Shown: positions 12,318-24,405 of the stretch, one piece after another
Layout of the letters: every line of letters begins with the position of its first letter
How positions within the stretch are numbered: the stretch's first letter is position 1
NCBI GenBank assembly: GCA_964016885.1
Contig: OZ024742.1
Location: 301,630,001 to 301,694,000, forward strand
Length of the DNA: 64,000 nucleotides
From: Eledone cirrhosa
Taxonomy: Eukaryota
Reading direction: 5' to 3'
Translations under genes and position numbers: made by a program
The notes under the pieces: model-generated
The model's input: the letters and a program-made list of their open reading frames with translations, nothing else
What the model was told of the DNA's origin: nothing
Databases searched by the model: none

Positions 12318-14003
12318 ATGATGGCTGCAAACTCGTGTTCAAGTATTGCCATCGCCCGATAAAATGTTCAAAAATGTGAAGCACAAATGTGACTCTTTAA
12401 ACCAGCCAAATACTTGCACCCTCTGGCACACACATGGCAACTTTAGGCTCCCCCGAAACCTTCCATTGCTTTGTTCTGGCTGTATGTTCACATGTATCTT
12501 TTAAGACCTCTCATGCTTGTACATTTCTTACACCTTTTCAGATCATAATCTACATGAGGTCTACTGATATGACTTTGTTCATGTCTAATCAAACCAGCTT
12601 TGCTGAGGCAGACTTGACCACAGTGCTGGCAAACCAGATGATGTGCAACAGCAGGCAGTTCAGAACAGTCTCAATCCTCACCTTCCTTTTCAGTGTTAGG
12701 TGATCTCTCCGACGAGTTTCAAAGTGTTCACCACCTGACTTGATCAAACGTCTCCACTTCACACGCTCGTCAGCCATTTTCTCCCATTCGTCAGATGAAA
12801 TTCCAGCACAAGCCAAGGTGCCCCTGATACAGTCCTGGTACCGCCTTTTTGGTTTATGTGGTGGTCGCCTTCCTTCACACAGTTCTCCATAGAGAAGTTG
12901 CTTTGGAATACGATCATCAGACATCTGGACCACGTGACTGCACCACCTCAACCGATACCGAAAGATTATGCTCTCTATAGTCACGCACCTGCTCCGTTCT
13001 AGAACTTCCAAATCACTGGCAAACATTTTCCACCACACCCCAAGTAACTTATGAAGAGATTGTTGGTGAAATCTCTCCAGATCCTTGAGGTGCTTTCTGT
13101 ATGTGACCCACGTTTCACAAACATAAAGTAAAGAGGAGACGACACAAGTCAGATACACTTTCACCTTGGTTTCGATAGTGATACCTCGTCTGGACCATAA
13201 ACGTTGATGCAGCCGTCCAAAAGCATCACTGGCTTTCTTGATTCTTAAGGATATTTCATTATCATGTGTGCATGAAGTGTTCAACGTACTACCAAGGTAA
13301 ACAAACTTGTCAGCAACTGTTAGCCTCTTTCCGTACACATACACACTTGGTGCAGTGTACTCGTTTCCAGGTACTGGCTGATACATCACAACAGTCTTTT
13401 CCAAGCTTATTGTGACACCCAAAGTGCTGCAAGCTGCAGAAAAAGAGTTCATAATATGCTGCATGTCACTTTGTGAGTGTGCAAAAAGATCGCAGTCGTC
13501 TGCATACAAAAACTCGGATTATAGATGTTAAAACCTTTGTACTTGTACCAAAGCGCCTGGTGTTGAACAACCTTCCTGAAGTGCGATACCTGATGTAAAC
13601 CCCATGAGAACAATATTTGAATGCCATGAGAAACACTATCGTAAAATATAAGGAAAACAGAGTTGGAGCCGGAATGTCCCCCTGCTTCACTCCATTTTCA
13701 ACTGATATTGGTTCAGAGATGCTACCACCAAAACTGACCAAAGCCTTCATGTCATCATGGAAAAGATGCAGAATCTTCTACCCTACCTTGGATTTTTTTC
13801 CCACAATGCAGTTCGATTGACAGTGTCAAAGGCCTTTGTCAAGTCAACAAAGACAGGTTTTGTTTTTAGTCCTGCAGGATGTCCAAAGTCACCCTCCTCA
13901 CCAAGAAACCTTGGTAGGATTGCCAGTTTAGTCGCCAACAACCCGACCATAATACAGGTTGTACTGGGATACATGTTACCAGTAGCACCAACTGGTGACC
14001 TGA
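12318..14003 (-). mobile_element. Internally deleted RTE (BovB-like) LINE: 5' module fused to RT, 3' end 'gcagccatcat' + (TGTA)n
   Basis: Motifs FVDLTKAFDTVNR, GVKQGDIPAPTLF, YADD, FVYLGS, LLYVCETW and RIPKQLLYGEL. Flanked on both sides by CATA microsatellite. Confidence 0.9.
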
Positions 14004-14664
14004 CATATATACATGTATACATACATCCATACATACATGTATACACACATCCATCCATACATGTATACATACATACATACAATGGTTAAAGTGTTTGACT
14101 GACGACCATAAGTTCATGGGTTCATATTTGGGACTGGGTAGTTATTGAATTAACCTGATATCAATGTTTATTATACAGCACACTTCCTCTTTGGTATAAT
14201 ATGACACAGTAATATCTAACATAGTACCCATCTAATCTGTTATAATATGATTTACCTTTCCTCTGTGAAGGCACAAGCCTTAGGGGTTACGGTACTGGAC
14301 TAACCATTATAAAGTCATGGGCTCGTTTCTTCGATCCTGCAGCATGTTGCGTCCTTCAGTAAAATACTTTAGTTTGTGTAGCATCTTCTACCAGGACTTG
14401 CGGCAGACAGATAATATCAGTAATGGAAAAAACCTTGTTTCTTTAGTATGACCTGGAAATCAGTTCCACTCTATTTATCTTCTTTATTAAAGGCAATCAA
14501 ATTATTTTTTGTTTTATTCTTTTTCTTATTTTTCCATGTTTGTTAAATAAATTCCAAAAAAATCGAACTAAATTGAAATTTTGTAATAAAATTTCCATAA
14601 AAGTTAATGTTTACAATACAATAAAATGTATTGAAGTCGACGAAATGTGGACCTTCATTTTTGA

Positions 14665-14920
14665 AAGATGGATAATGCTATAATTGTACCACAATATTGC
14701 ACCACTTTGTGCAAAAGTGGGCAGCCGAATTTAGGAAAGGATAGGGATTCTTGAAGATGACCCAATATCTGGACGTCCTACAACTGCCACTACCGAGGAA
14801 AACATTGATCTCAGTACTGCAACACCGATGGAAGAAGTGTGTGGAACGCAAGGGAGACGATGTTGAAAAATATACCTCATTTGGTCATATTCCATGAGAG
14901 TATCTTTGTCAACCCTCGTA
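14665..14920 (+). mobile_element. Internally deleted mariner remnant
   Basis: Peptides VQKWAAEFRKG..LEDDPISGRPTTATTEENID and RWKKCVERKGDDVEK. It ends 'ccctcgTA', like a mariner TIR. Confidence 0.7.
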
Positions 14921-15772
14921 TCTATGCGCAATATACGTAAAAATACAGTTCATGGTATTAGCTGTCAGAAGTGAAAGTAGGGGAAGGTTGATGAATGACG
15001 TCACATATTTTCATAGTTATGGTTATCAATATAAAAAAACAAGTCATTTTCACCAACAGTGGAGTTAACTTAAATGAAAATATGGGTGGCCCTTAAAAGG
15101 GCCAAATTATGGTTATCAAATTTTTTTCACCAACCCTATATATTTATGAAGAAATGTTTAGAAAACAAATTATTCTCACCAACCTTATTCAAAAGCATGG
15201 ATACAGTGCCCATGGAGACAAGCGACAGTCCCCATGGAGACAATCACCACCAACACCACGTGTAAATAAATAAACTTTAATCTTCACTTTGTGATAATAC
15301 ACGCATCTGCAAGTTGAAAAATGAGTTCTATAATATATCCAAGTGTTAAGGGAATTAACTATTGCGATCTTTCCATCGCTACCGCTACTACAGCAGATAC
15401 CGTCAATTGGTTGAAAATTCAAGGACTTCTGAATACACAAAAGGTCTGCCCTTCATGTGGTCAGCGTATGTTGGAAGTAGCGAAACAAAATGTGTCAGAT
15501 GGGATTATCTGGTTATGTAAAAGACCATGTAGAAAACAGGTTTCTATTAGAAAATAGCAATTTGAAGTGTGAACAAATAGTTGATATATTATATTTTTGG
15601 GCAAAAGAAGATTTCCGAGGAATGTCGTATCGCGAATGTGGCCGTAGCAGATTGGCGAAATTTTTGCCGTGATGTATGTGCAGAGTACTATGTGGCACAA
15701 AACATTAAGCTTGGCGGGCCAAACCGAATTGTCGAGATTGATAAATGCGCATTCGTGAGAAGGAAATACCAT

Positions 15773-16342
15773 TGTAGTGACCTACATTCCGCGGGCTCAC
15801 ATACATTCTCTGTGCGTGATTTGGCTCAGTTCAGCCAATCAGCACCAGTGGAAGAGGATGTATCCCTACGCGCCCTGAGGAAGAAATTCCCCGCGAAGAT
15901 TTGAAGAATCTCTCTCTTGTACCAGGAATTTCGAACCAGCAACACGCATAATGTAACGGTGAGATTTTGCACCCTAGCCTTGCCGGCTTTCCGGCGCAAT
16001 GGCACATTCCCTTTTGTAACCTCTTTTTATGTGTAACTTCAACCATATAAGTTAACAAACATTGTTTGTGCTACATCAAAAATAAACATACATTTCATCT
16101 CTATTTTCTGCTGTTGAAATCATTATTATGTTACTCGTGTCTCAATAACATCTGTAAACCATGCTGCTGGAATTGGTGACCTGACGAAAGGAATATTGTA
16201 AATACAAAGATGGTAAATAGATCGAGGGACCTTCCCTCACGTCTATGTCGACAAGACAATCCAATGAGGATACCATCATTTTACCACACTGTGACCACTG
16301 GACACTGTCAACTAACGACCTTCATTCATTCTACCCTGTTAA
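15773..16342 (+). repeat. 5' LTR (570 bp, TG...AA)
   Basis: Near-identical to 18011-18595; contains AATAAA at 16081. Confidence 0.9.
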
Positions 16343-18010
16343 AGTGGTGACCGACGTAAGAATTTAACGCAGCCCTTCTTTTTCATTCAGTTGAACTTTT
16401 ATTGCCACGTTGCCAACCTTTTCGCAACTTGCGAAAATACAATATATTCCTTTCAAAGTTTTTTTTTTTAAATTAGCAGTATTTCAAAAACTTTTCGCCA
16501 CGAGGAAATTTCAAGATGGCTACCGACAAGTCCTGGCTACACTCGACAACAACAACGACAGCAGCAGCAGCGGCAGCGACAGCATTGTTTAACCACTGAC
16601 CAACGACAGGGAATGGTGAGATGGCAGCTTCATAGTCTTACCGACGCAAACCACCACACATCGGAAATTTCAAAACGGCTTGTAACTTTACCGACGCAAC
16701 CACCATACCTTCTGTCTCGTTACCACAGGGACTCGAGAAATTGAGACAGTAGTTTTCTCACCATTATGGCGTCAGACGTGGCTGCCATGTTTGGTGACTG
16801 CTACTCTACAGAAGATTCTTTGACTTTGCTTTAACAATAAGCAACACAACCTTATGCCACACAAGGTGGCAGGACGGTAAAATGGCCACGAAAACTCACA
16901 AAAACACCATACATCTAACCCCTAATAGCATTAACAAACTTCTTTTTCGGTTTTCAGATAGAACTAGTGTCAGAAAGTCTGTACACTGGTGATGTGTGAA
17001 CTATTTGACTTTGAAAAGCTTTTAACTTATTGAGCAATTTCTCTGCTCCCCTAGATTGACTTTGAATTATCAGTTTGTTACATTCACATATTTCTTTGTA
17101 GAATGCATTTGCTTGTTTTGTGCTCTTTTGCTATTTGCTTGTTCGTGGTTTTTGTTCATTCACATGCTTTGCTGTTTTACATGCCTGCATATGCACACAT
17201 TTTTTTTGTCACACACCAACATGTTGTTCTTGGTATATGTTCTTCAAACGTAATATTCTGCGAGTCCCTTTTCACCTGGTTGAGGTGCTGTCACATGCTA
17301 ACAGCTCATTGAGCTTAATCCACTGGATTCAAACAGGCACCGCAACACGAGAATACTAATTGCAAGCTGAACTCAAACAGTTTTGCATCTCGTTGCACAC
17401 TGATCGTCCATGACGGCCTTCGTCTTGCTGTTTTTGCCCGACTCGCTGGGAAAACAGCAAATAGAACTGGACTTGTCAGCATTTCGGCCACTTCTGTGGA
17501 TTCGCCCGAATTATGGAATTTACACTGCAACCCACCTACAGATTAAACTTGCTTTTTTTTCTTTTCAAAGCAACCAGCCATTTTTTCCTGGCTCCCTAGC
17601 ACATTCGGCAATACATCTGGGAGGCCAACATTTTCTCGCCTACCCATCATCTTCTTGCCAGCACTGGTAAACTACCATAATAGCTTCGTCCACAGCTACT
17701 GGTACAGCACTTACCATTAACATTAAATGCAAGAACAGCAACTTCGCCCATGTCAGACTTTATCCGTTTTTGTTAGACCTTTACTGGTCACGTATAAACA
17801 ACAAAACAGCTGGTCATTTGACACAGCGGCTCAACACGGCCCGTTGCGCCTCATTTTTTTTCTTGCATGCAGCCTTCTGCTCAATTATTTTTTTCACTGA
17901 TGTGCTCTTTCAGCATTTGTTCTTGCTGATTCAATAGTCTGTATCGACTTCCTTGTGGGTCCTTGGCTTCTTCGTTTACGATTTTCGGCTAAAAATCTGC
18001 TCGGAGATAT

Positions 18011-18595
18011 TGTAGTGACCTACATTCCGCAGGCTCACATACATTCTCTGTGCGTGATTTGGCTCAGTTCAGCCAATCAGCGCCAGTGGAAGAGGATGTA
18101 TCCCTACGCGCCCTGAGGAAGAAATTCCCCGCGAAGATTTGAAGAATCTCTCTCTTGTACCGGGAACTTCGAACCAGCAACACGCATAATGTAACGGTGA
18201 GATTTTGCACCCTAGCCTTGCCGGCTTTCCGGCGCAATGGCACATTCCCTTTTGTAACCTCTTTTTATGTGTAACTTCAACCATATAAGTTAACAAATAT
18301 TGTTTGTGCTACATCAAAAATAAACATACATTTCATCTCTATTTTCTGCTGTTGAAATCATTATTATATTACTCATGTCTCAATAACATCTGTAATCCAT
18401 GCTGCTGGAATTAGCGACCTGACGAAAGGAATATTGTAAATACAAAGATGGTAAATAGATCGAGGGACCTTCCCTCGCGTCTATGTCAACAAGACAATCC
18501 AACGAGGATACCATCATTTTACCACACTGTGACCACTGGCCACAGCTACACTGGACACTGTCAACTAACGACCTTCATTCATTCTACCCTGTTAA
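18011..18595 (+). repeat. 3' LTR (585 bp; extra 15-bp 'ccacagctacactgg')
   Basis: Near-identical to 15773-16342; followed by the TSD. Confidence 0.9.
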
Positions 18596-19427
18596 ACCAT
18601 CGTGGCCATTCTGTGAAAACACAGTGGGTTTTTGGTGCTTTGGAAAGAAGTACCAGAAGATGTATTTTAATAGCAGTAGAAGGCAGGACAGGACAGCGGA
18701 GACACTTTTAACCATTATACAGGATCGTATATTGCCAGGGACAACCATAATATCTGATCTATGGCGTTCCTATAATACGATCGATCAGCTAGGCTATCAA
18801 CATTTGATGGTGAACCATTCGATCAATTTTGTTGATCCAGTAACATTTGCCACAACGAATCACATAGAATGCTTGTGGAAACACGTAAAAATAGGAATAA
18901 AAGGGAAAACGGGACAGCCAGAAATTTGCTTCAAACCCATCTCATTGAATTCATGTGGCGGTATGAATTTAATGGAGAAATTTTCCAAAAGTTATTAGAA
19001 CATATCCTTCATCTGATTCCATGCATTTGAATAAGGTTGGTGAAAAAAATGTTTCTAAACATGCTTTTGAATAAGGTTGGTGAATAATGAATAAATCAAA
19101 TTTATTTGATAACCATGACTTGTTTTCTAATTAACTTAAATTTGTTTTCTAATTTGGCCCTTTTAAGGGCCACCTATATTTTCATTTAAGTAACTCCACT
19201 TACATCGATATGCTTTATAACCATGACTTGTTTTCTAATTTGGCCCTTTTAAGTCTTCCCTCTCACTCCAAAAAACGCGTGAAAGCTCCACTTACGCGTG
19301 GTAGTAATACGGAAATAAACGATGTTTGACAAGTGACGTCACCTTCGAGTTTTTCCTGTGTTAGAAAACAAATCTCTATTGGTGAAAAATTTATAAAATA
19401 TTAAAACCAGAAGCATGTACATACATA

Positions 19428-19523
19428 CATGATGGCTGCCTCCTCATTATCGAGTATGGTCATTGCACAATATAACATTGTTAATAATTATCAATTAATG
19501 CTATCATGCAATGCCTGTGCGTG

Positions 19524-19559
<36 letters not shown>

Positions 19560-20017
19560 TGAGGAAAGACTGTTCACTGAGCAACAGTAGCTATAACCCG
19601 AAAAGAAGAAAAGATCAACATCATCGGTAACTACTGAGCCACAGGTTTTATGTCAGAGTTATCCCAGTTTCCTAAGCTGCCTTTTCCTAGAAGAATGCCC
19701 TGACAAAGGCTAGGGGTCCTTCACTCCCAAAGGTTTAACTGCGCGATTGGGTACCCAGCCCAATTATTTCTATGTCCCCGTGCATATACATACACATGCA
19801 TACATACATACATGTATATACATATTTACACATTTTTGGATGGCCGATGAGTTCTTCCACCCTTTGTCAGGTTTTGTTTTTTGTCCTACAGGTTGTCCAA
19901 AATCAACCTTCTCACCAAGTAAACTTGGTGGGGTTGCCGGTTTAGTCGCCGACGACCCGACTTTGCGACAGGTGGTACTGGGTTACATGTTACCAGTAGC
20001 ACTCAAAAGTGACCCAA
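19428..20017 (-). mobile_element. Short non-autonomous RTE derivative (5' module + 3' end, no RT)
   Basis: Starts with the conserved 5' module and ends in 'gcagccatcat'+(TGTA)n, like 12318. No RT coding sequence lies between. Confidence 0.7.
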
Positions 20018-20126
20018 TACATACATACTTACCCATACATATATACATACATACATTCACACACACCAACATACACACACACACATATACATACATACAT
20101 ACATACATACATACATACATACAAAC

Positions 20127-21890
20127 ATTTGTGGACGATCTGAAACTCTATGCCAAGAACATGGATGGGATGAAGAAAAATCTTGACCTGGTTACAACGT
20201 TCTCAAAGGGTATAGGAATGGAGTTTGGCCAAGATAAATGCTCATACATGACTGTAAAGTGGGGGAAAACAACAACCCAATCTAGCAACGTTGTCATCAA
20301 TGGTCTAACTGTTTCACTGATATCTGATGGGGACTGCTACAGATACCTGGGGATAGATGAGAACATATGTTATAATGGTATCTGTAATAAAGAACGCGTA
20401 ACCAGGGAACACTACACCCGATTAAGAAAGATCTGGTCATCGGAACTCTCTGCGCAAAACAAAACAGTGGCTCACAATGTGTTTGCTGTGCCTGTCCTAA
20501 CACCAACGTATTGGACAATAGGCGAAATCCGAGCAGTTGATGTTGGAACTCGAAAAATACCGAACAACACCGGAAACTTCCACATCAACAGTGACATAGA
20601 CCGCCTTTACTTGAAACGTAAGCAGGGAGGCAGAGGCCTAACATCAGTCCAGACAACATTTGAATGTCGCATCTTATCTCTCCGACAACATCTACGAACC
20701 TCGAAGCGTAGGAGCCTGTTTCTAGAGCAAGTCTATCTGCATGAAACAGATAAGATCATGAGAGTTGGGAAGGAACTCCTGAGTGATATTCCCTGTGTGA
20801 TAATCAAAAACTCACACCCAGGGATGTCGCTCAGCAGTATCGCAGTGAATCCATGGATGAAAAACTGCATGCCTATCAGCAAAAAATCATGCATGGATAT
20901 GTTGGCCAGGAAGCTCCAGAGTGAGAGTAATATAGATAAGGAAAGTAGTCTATCTTGGACCAACAACCGCTATATTGGCTCCCACTTTGAAGGATACGCT
21001 TTTGCAATCCAAGAACAGGAGATTAGCACGAAATACCTGATTCACAAAAGAGATAGGGATGTAGGCAAAAAACCTAGATGTGATAACAAGTGCAAACTCT
21101 GCAGAACTAACATCGAGGATATCACCCGTGTCATCAGCAGCTGTCCAAAGATGTCATCGCGGTACTATCTACCCATGAGGCATGATGTAGTGGCCAAAAC
21201 ACTGTACAATGCAGTTCGTAAAAAAAGATAGCCCCGATAATAAACACATTAAAAGCTACAACAATGTGGAAGACATCCATGTACATAATATGAAAGAGTA
21301 CTGGTGGAATATTCCAGTAAAAACCCCAATAAAATGCAGGCATAACAGACTAGATATTATGATATGGGACAGGGAGAAGAAAACATACACAGTAGTGGAA
21401 ATTAGCTGCCCAGCAGATGCCAATATAATATCAAAGATTAGTGAAAAGGAGAATATTTATGCAGAACTGATGAGAAATCTGCAGATACTCCACCCTGATT
21501 ACACCTTCAGATTTATGCCTGTGGTTATTGTGGCACTGGGGTATGTTAGTAACTGCCTCAATACAAATCTTGAGAAGCTAGGCTTCACAGGAACAGAAAG
21601 AACACAACTAGTTAGGAAACTACAAGTACAATCCATTAATGGAACAGTAAAAATATGTAAAACATTCCAAACATTTTGCATCTAATAACTGCATATACAC
21701 ATGTACACAAACAACTCAAAACATCCACATCCACACATAAAATAACATACATATCTACACATGCATACATACATATCTACCTAGTTGATGTTGTGTAAAT
21801 TCCAATGAGAGAGTCTTGTGTCTATGTTAGAAACCGACTCTCTCTCTCTCTATTGGTAAAACTTTGTGAAATTATAAAACCAGAAGAACA
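20127..21890 (+). mobile_element. 5'-truncated R4/Dong-like non-LTR retrotransposon (RT + CCHC + restriction-like endonuclease) in (CATA)n
   Basis: FVDDLKLY, YRYLG, RLYL..GGRGL, CKLC..C zinc knuckle, RHD, and endonuclease-like motif NRLDIMIWD..VVEISCP..K. Frameshift near 21225. A 3'UTR hairpin is followed by (CATA)n. Confidence 0.88.
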
Positions 21891-22204
21891 TACATACATA
21901 CATACATACATACATACAACCCAGAACCACATAAATATTCATTATTGTTACCAGTAATGCACTGGGTAATTGCTGGCCTTGTGCCTAAAGTAGAAACAAT
22001 TATTGTTAAGAAGCGGTAAAAAATGTCAATAAACTTACATAAATTTGAGAGTTAATAAAGTCCACGTTTGCTGTCAGACTTAGTAATAACAATGACAGAA
22101 CAGACAGAGAGAGAGAGATACATCCATTGATCGAAGTGGTAGGCTTGGGAACTAAAATCTCAAAATATCTATACAACATTCCTCAGTCTGCTTTAGATAT
22201 ACAG

Positions 22205-22328
22205 TATATACATATGTGTGTGCATTGATGTGTTTAAATATGTGTATGTATTTATCTACACGTTTTGAAACATATGTATATGTGTATGTATGTAAGTGTA
22301 TATGTGTATGTATGTGTGTGTCTATCTG

Positions 22329-22373
<45 letters not shown>

Positions 22374-22750
22374 ATCTGTGTTTGTCTCTGTGTGTTTAAA
22401 TATGTGTATGTATTTATCTATGTTTCTATATAGATGTATGTGCATGTATGCAAGTGTATGTGTGTGTGTCTATCTGTATCTCTCTCTATATATATATGTG
22501 TGTGTGTATGTATTTATCTATGTCTATACATGTGTATGTGCATGTATGTAAGAGGGCATGTGTGAGTATATATGTGTCTATTTATTTGTCTATTTCTATA
22601 TATATATATATATATATGTGTGTGTCTGTGTATTTATCTATATGTTTATATGTGCATGCATGTAAGTTTATTTATCTGGCTATCTATCACTCTCTCTATA
22701 TATATGTCTGTCTGTGTGTGTATATATATATATATATGTGGGTGTATATG
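22205..22750. repeat. Compound (TA/TG/TC)n microsatellite tract
   Basis: Direct inspection. Confidence 0.9.
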
Positions 22751-22956
22751 CTCCTTTAGGAATCCCTTTCATGGTAAGTGATACTGTGACATCCACAGTG
22801 AAAGTTAATCAACCAAAACACTGCCACAAATGAGAAGCAATCCACAGCTACCTGGTAGCTGTGGATTATATGCATATATATCCGGGAGCTTCCAACAGAA
22901 ATGGTCGCATTCTTTAAGGGTATGTCAATATTTATTTATAAAACTGATCTATATTA

Positions 22957-23021
22957 TATTTTATCTGATGAAAGCACACCATAATTTAACTTGGTGTCCT
23001 TGAAATATGTATAATGAAATA
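22957..23021 (+). ncRNA. Minimal type I hammerhead ribozyme motif (Penelope-like element end)
   Basis: TATTTTAT-CTGATGA-stem II(aagcacacca/tggtgtcctt)-GAAA-tatgta-TA-ATGAAATA, with the same spacing as 43597-43661. Confidence 0.65.
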
Positions 23022-23884
23022 AATATGGTTTTATAAATATAGTTCCCATTTGTTAATATATCGTATATGTATATATATATATTTACTTATATAAATACGG
23101 AAAATTGACGTAGTGGGGATATTAATATATATGTGTGTGTATATATATATATATATATTTGTATGTATATATATGTGTGTGTGCGTATATATATATATAT
23201 ACACACTATAAATTTGCAGTGTAGGTGTGACAACAAAAAGCTCCCAGTACACACTATAAATGTGGTTGGCGTTAGGAAGGGCACCCAGCCGTAGAAACCA
23301 AGCTAGAACCAGTACTGTATGAGCAAGGCACGATCACCTTATCTAACTTGCCTCACAACAGGACAACTTGTCTAACCCATGATAGCAGTGTAGAGAAATG
23401 GACATCAAACAGTGATGATGATGATATATGTGTTTTATGTGTATATATATATAGCAGTATTGATAATAGTAGTGTTTATTAAGTTGTTTCAATAGACTGG
23501 ATGTTCTGATACACAACGCTGACAATCCTACCTACACTACCTACAAACTACCATGATGACACTATCTACAACAACAATGACGCTACTATGAACAACAACC
23601 ACAATTACTAACTAACATTAACAAAACCACCACAGCCCCCACCATGTAAGATGATATCCTGTGCATGTGACATACAAGAACCACTTCTTTGCTTCACTGC
23701 TTTTCTGTAACATAACATCTCTACATTGTTTTCTTAACTTAAATTTTATCTAATTGTTTCTGTTTTCTCAGTAGTGTTTGAGTGTATACTGACACAAACA
23801 CATGTACTGGGCTATACATCATATATATATATATATACTGGACTATCTCATACATATGTACATTATATACCTACATACACATGT

Positions 23885-24405
23885 ATATATATATAAAGTT
23901 GTAGTTCCTGTTTGGTTGTTTGTTTGTTCATGAACTCCTATGGTTTTGGAGATAGACGCCCCCCCCCCCCCCTCGTAACCATATATATTCTGAAACTACA
24001 TTGCCCAGAGTACTTGGATAACTATATTTCATTTTAATCAAAGAGTTCCTTGGGGCCAAACCCCCGCTGAAAATGTTTTCCCTTCGATTTATATGAAATT
24101 TAAACCATAGGTATGACAAGATATGATGCCTATTCACAAAAGTTTTGAATTGATATTTTGAAAAAAATTATTTACAAGAAACAAAATAAGAATAAGATTT
24201 AATAATGTCTAACCCATGCTAGCGTGGAAGATGGACGTTAAACGAAGATGATGATGATGATGATGATGATGAATGTAATTTTGATTTGATATATTACAAA
24301 AAATAATGTTTTCCAATTTTTCATGCATTACATTGAGTAATATTGAAATGCAGAGTTTTTCTCCATAAATTATATCACTGATTTAAAATCAATAATTTTC
24401 TTACC
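23885..24405 (+). mobile_element. Helitron-like element fragment (same family as 8292-9330)
   Basis: Long reverse-complement matches to 8345-8470, 8672-8800 and 9130-9245. Confidence 0.5.

Larger units (their letters stand above)
15773..18595 (+). mobile_element. Non-autonomous LTR retroelement (~2.8 kb) with a 5-bp TSD ACCAT
   Basis: Direct repeats at 15773-16342 and 18011-18595. ACCAT at 15768-15772 and 18596-18600. PBS-like TGGTGACCGACGT at 16345. No pol ORF in the internal region. Confidence 0.9.
15321..19030 (+). pseudogene. ISXO2-like DDE transposase pseudogene (15321-15772 joined to 18601-19030)
   Basis: Removing the LTR element and one ACCAT copy restores ..RRKYH|RGHSVKTQWVFG... Additional frameshifts are present. 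Confidence 0.85.
15058..19200 (+). mobile_element. Merlin/IS1595(ISXO2)-type DNA transposon, interrupted by an LTR element
   Basis: ~50-bp inverted repeats at 15058-15108 and 19151-19200 plus subterminal repeats. Transposase pieces CPSCG..WLC..C..VSIRK, LGGPNRIVEID, RRKYHRG..QWVFG, TIISDLWRSY, VNHS..FVDP..TNHIECLW. The exact outer ends are uncertain. Confidence 0.85.

Noticed and set aside
19747-20126. N-terminal part of the 494-aa ORF
   Set aside because: Chance read-through of an antisense RTE 5' module and CATA repeats into a 5'-truncated R4/Dong RT; not a genuine fusion gene.
22216-22781. Cys/Val/Tyr-rich ORFs in the track (similar ones at 5978, 23031, 26212, 55239)
   Set aside because: Translations of TA/TG microsatellites; no coding signal.
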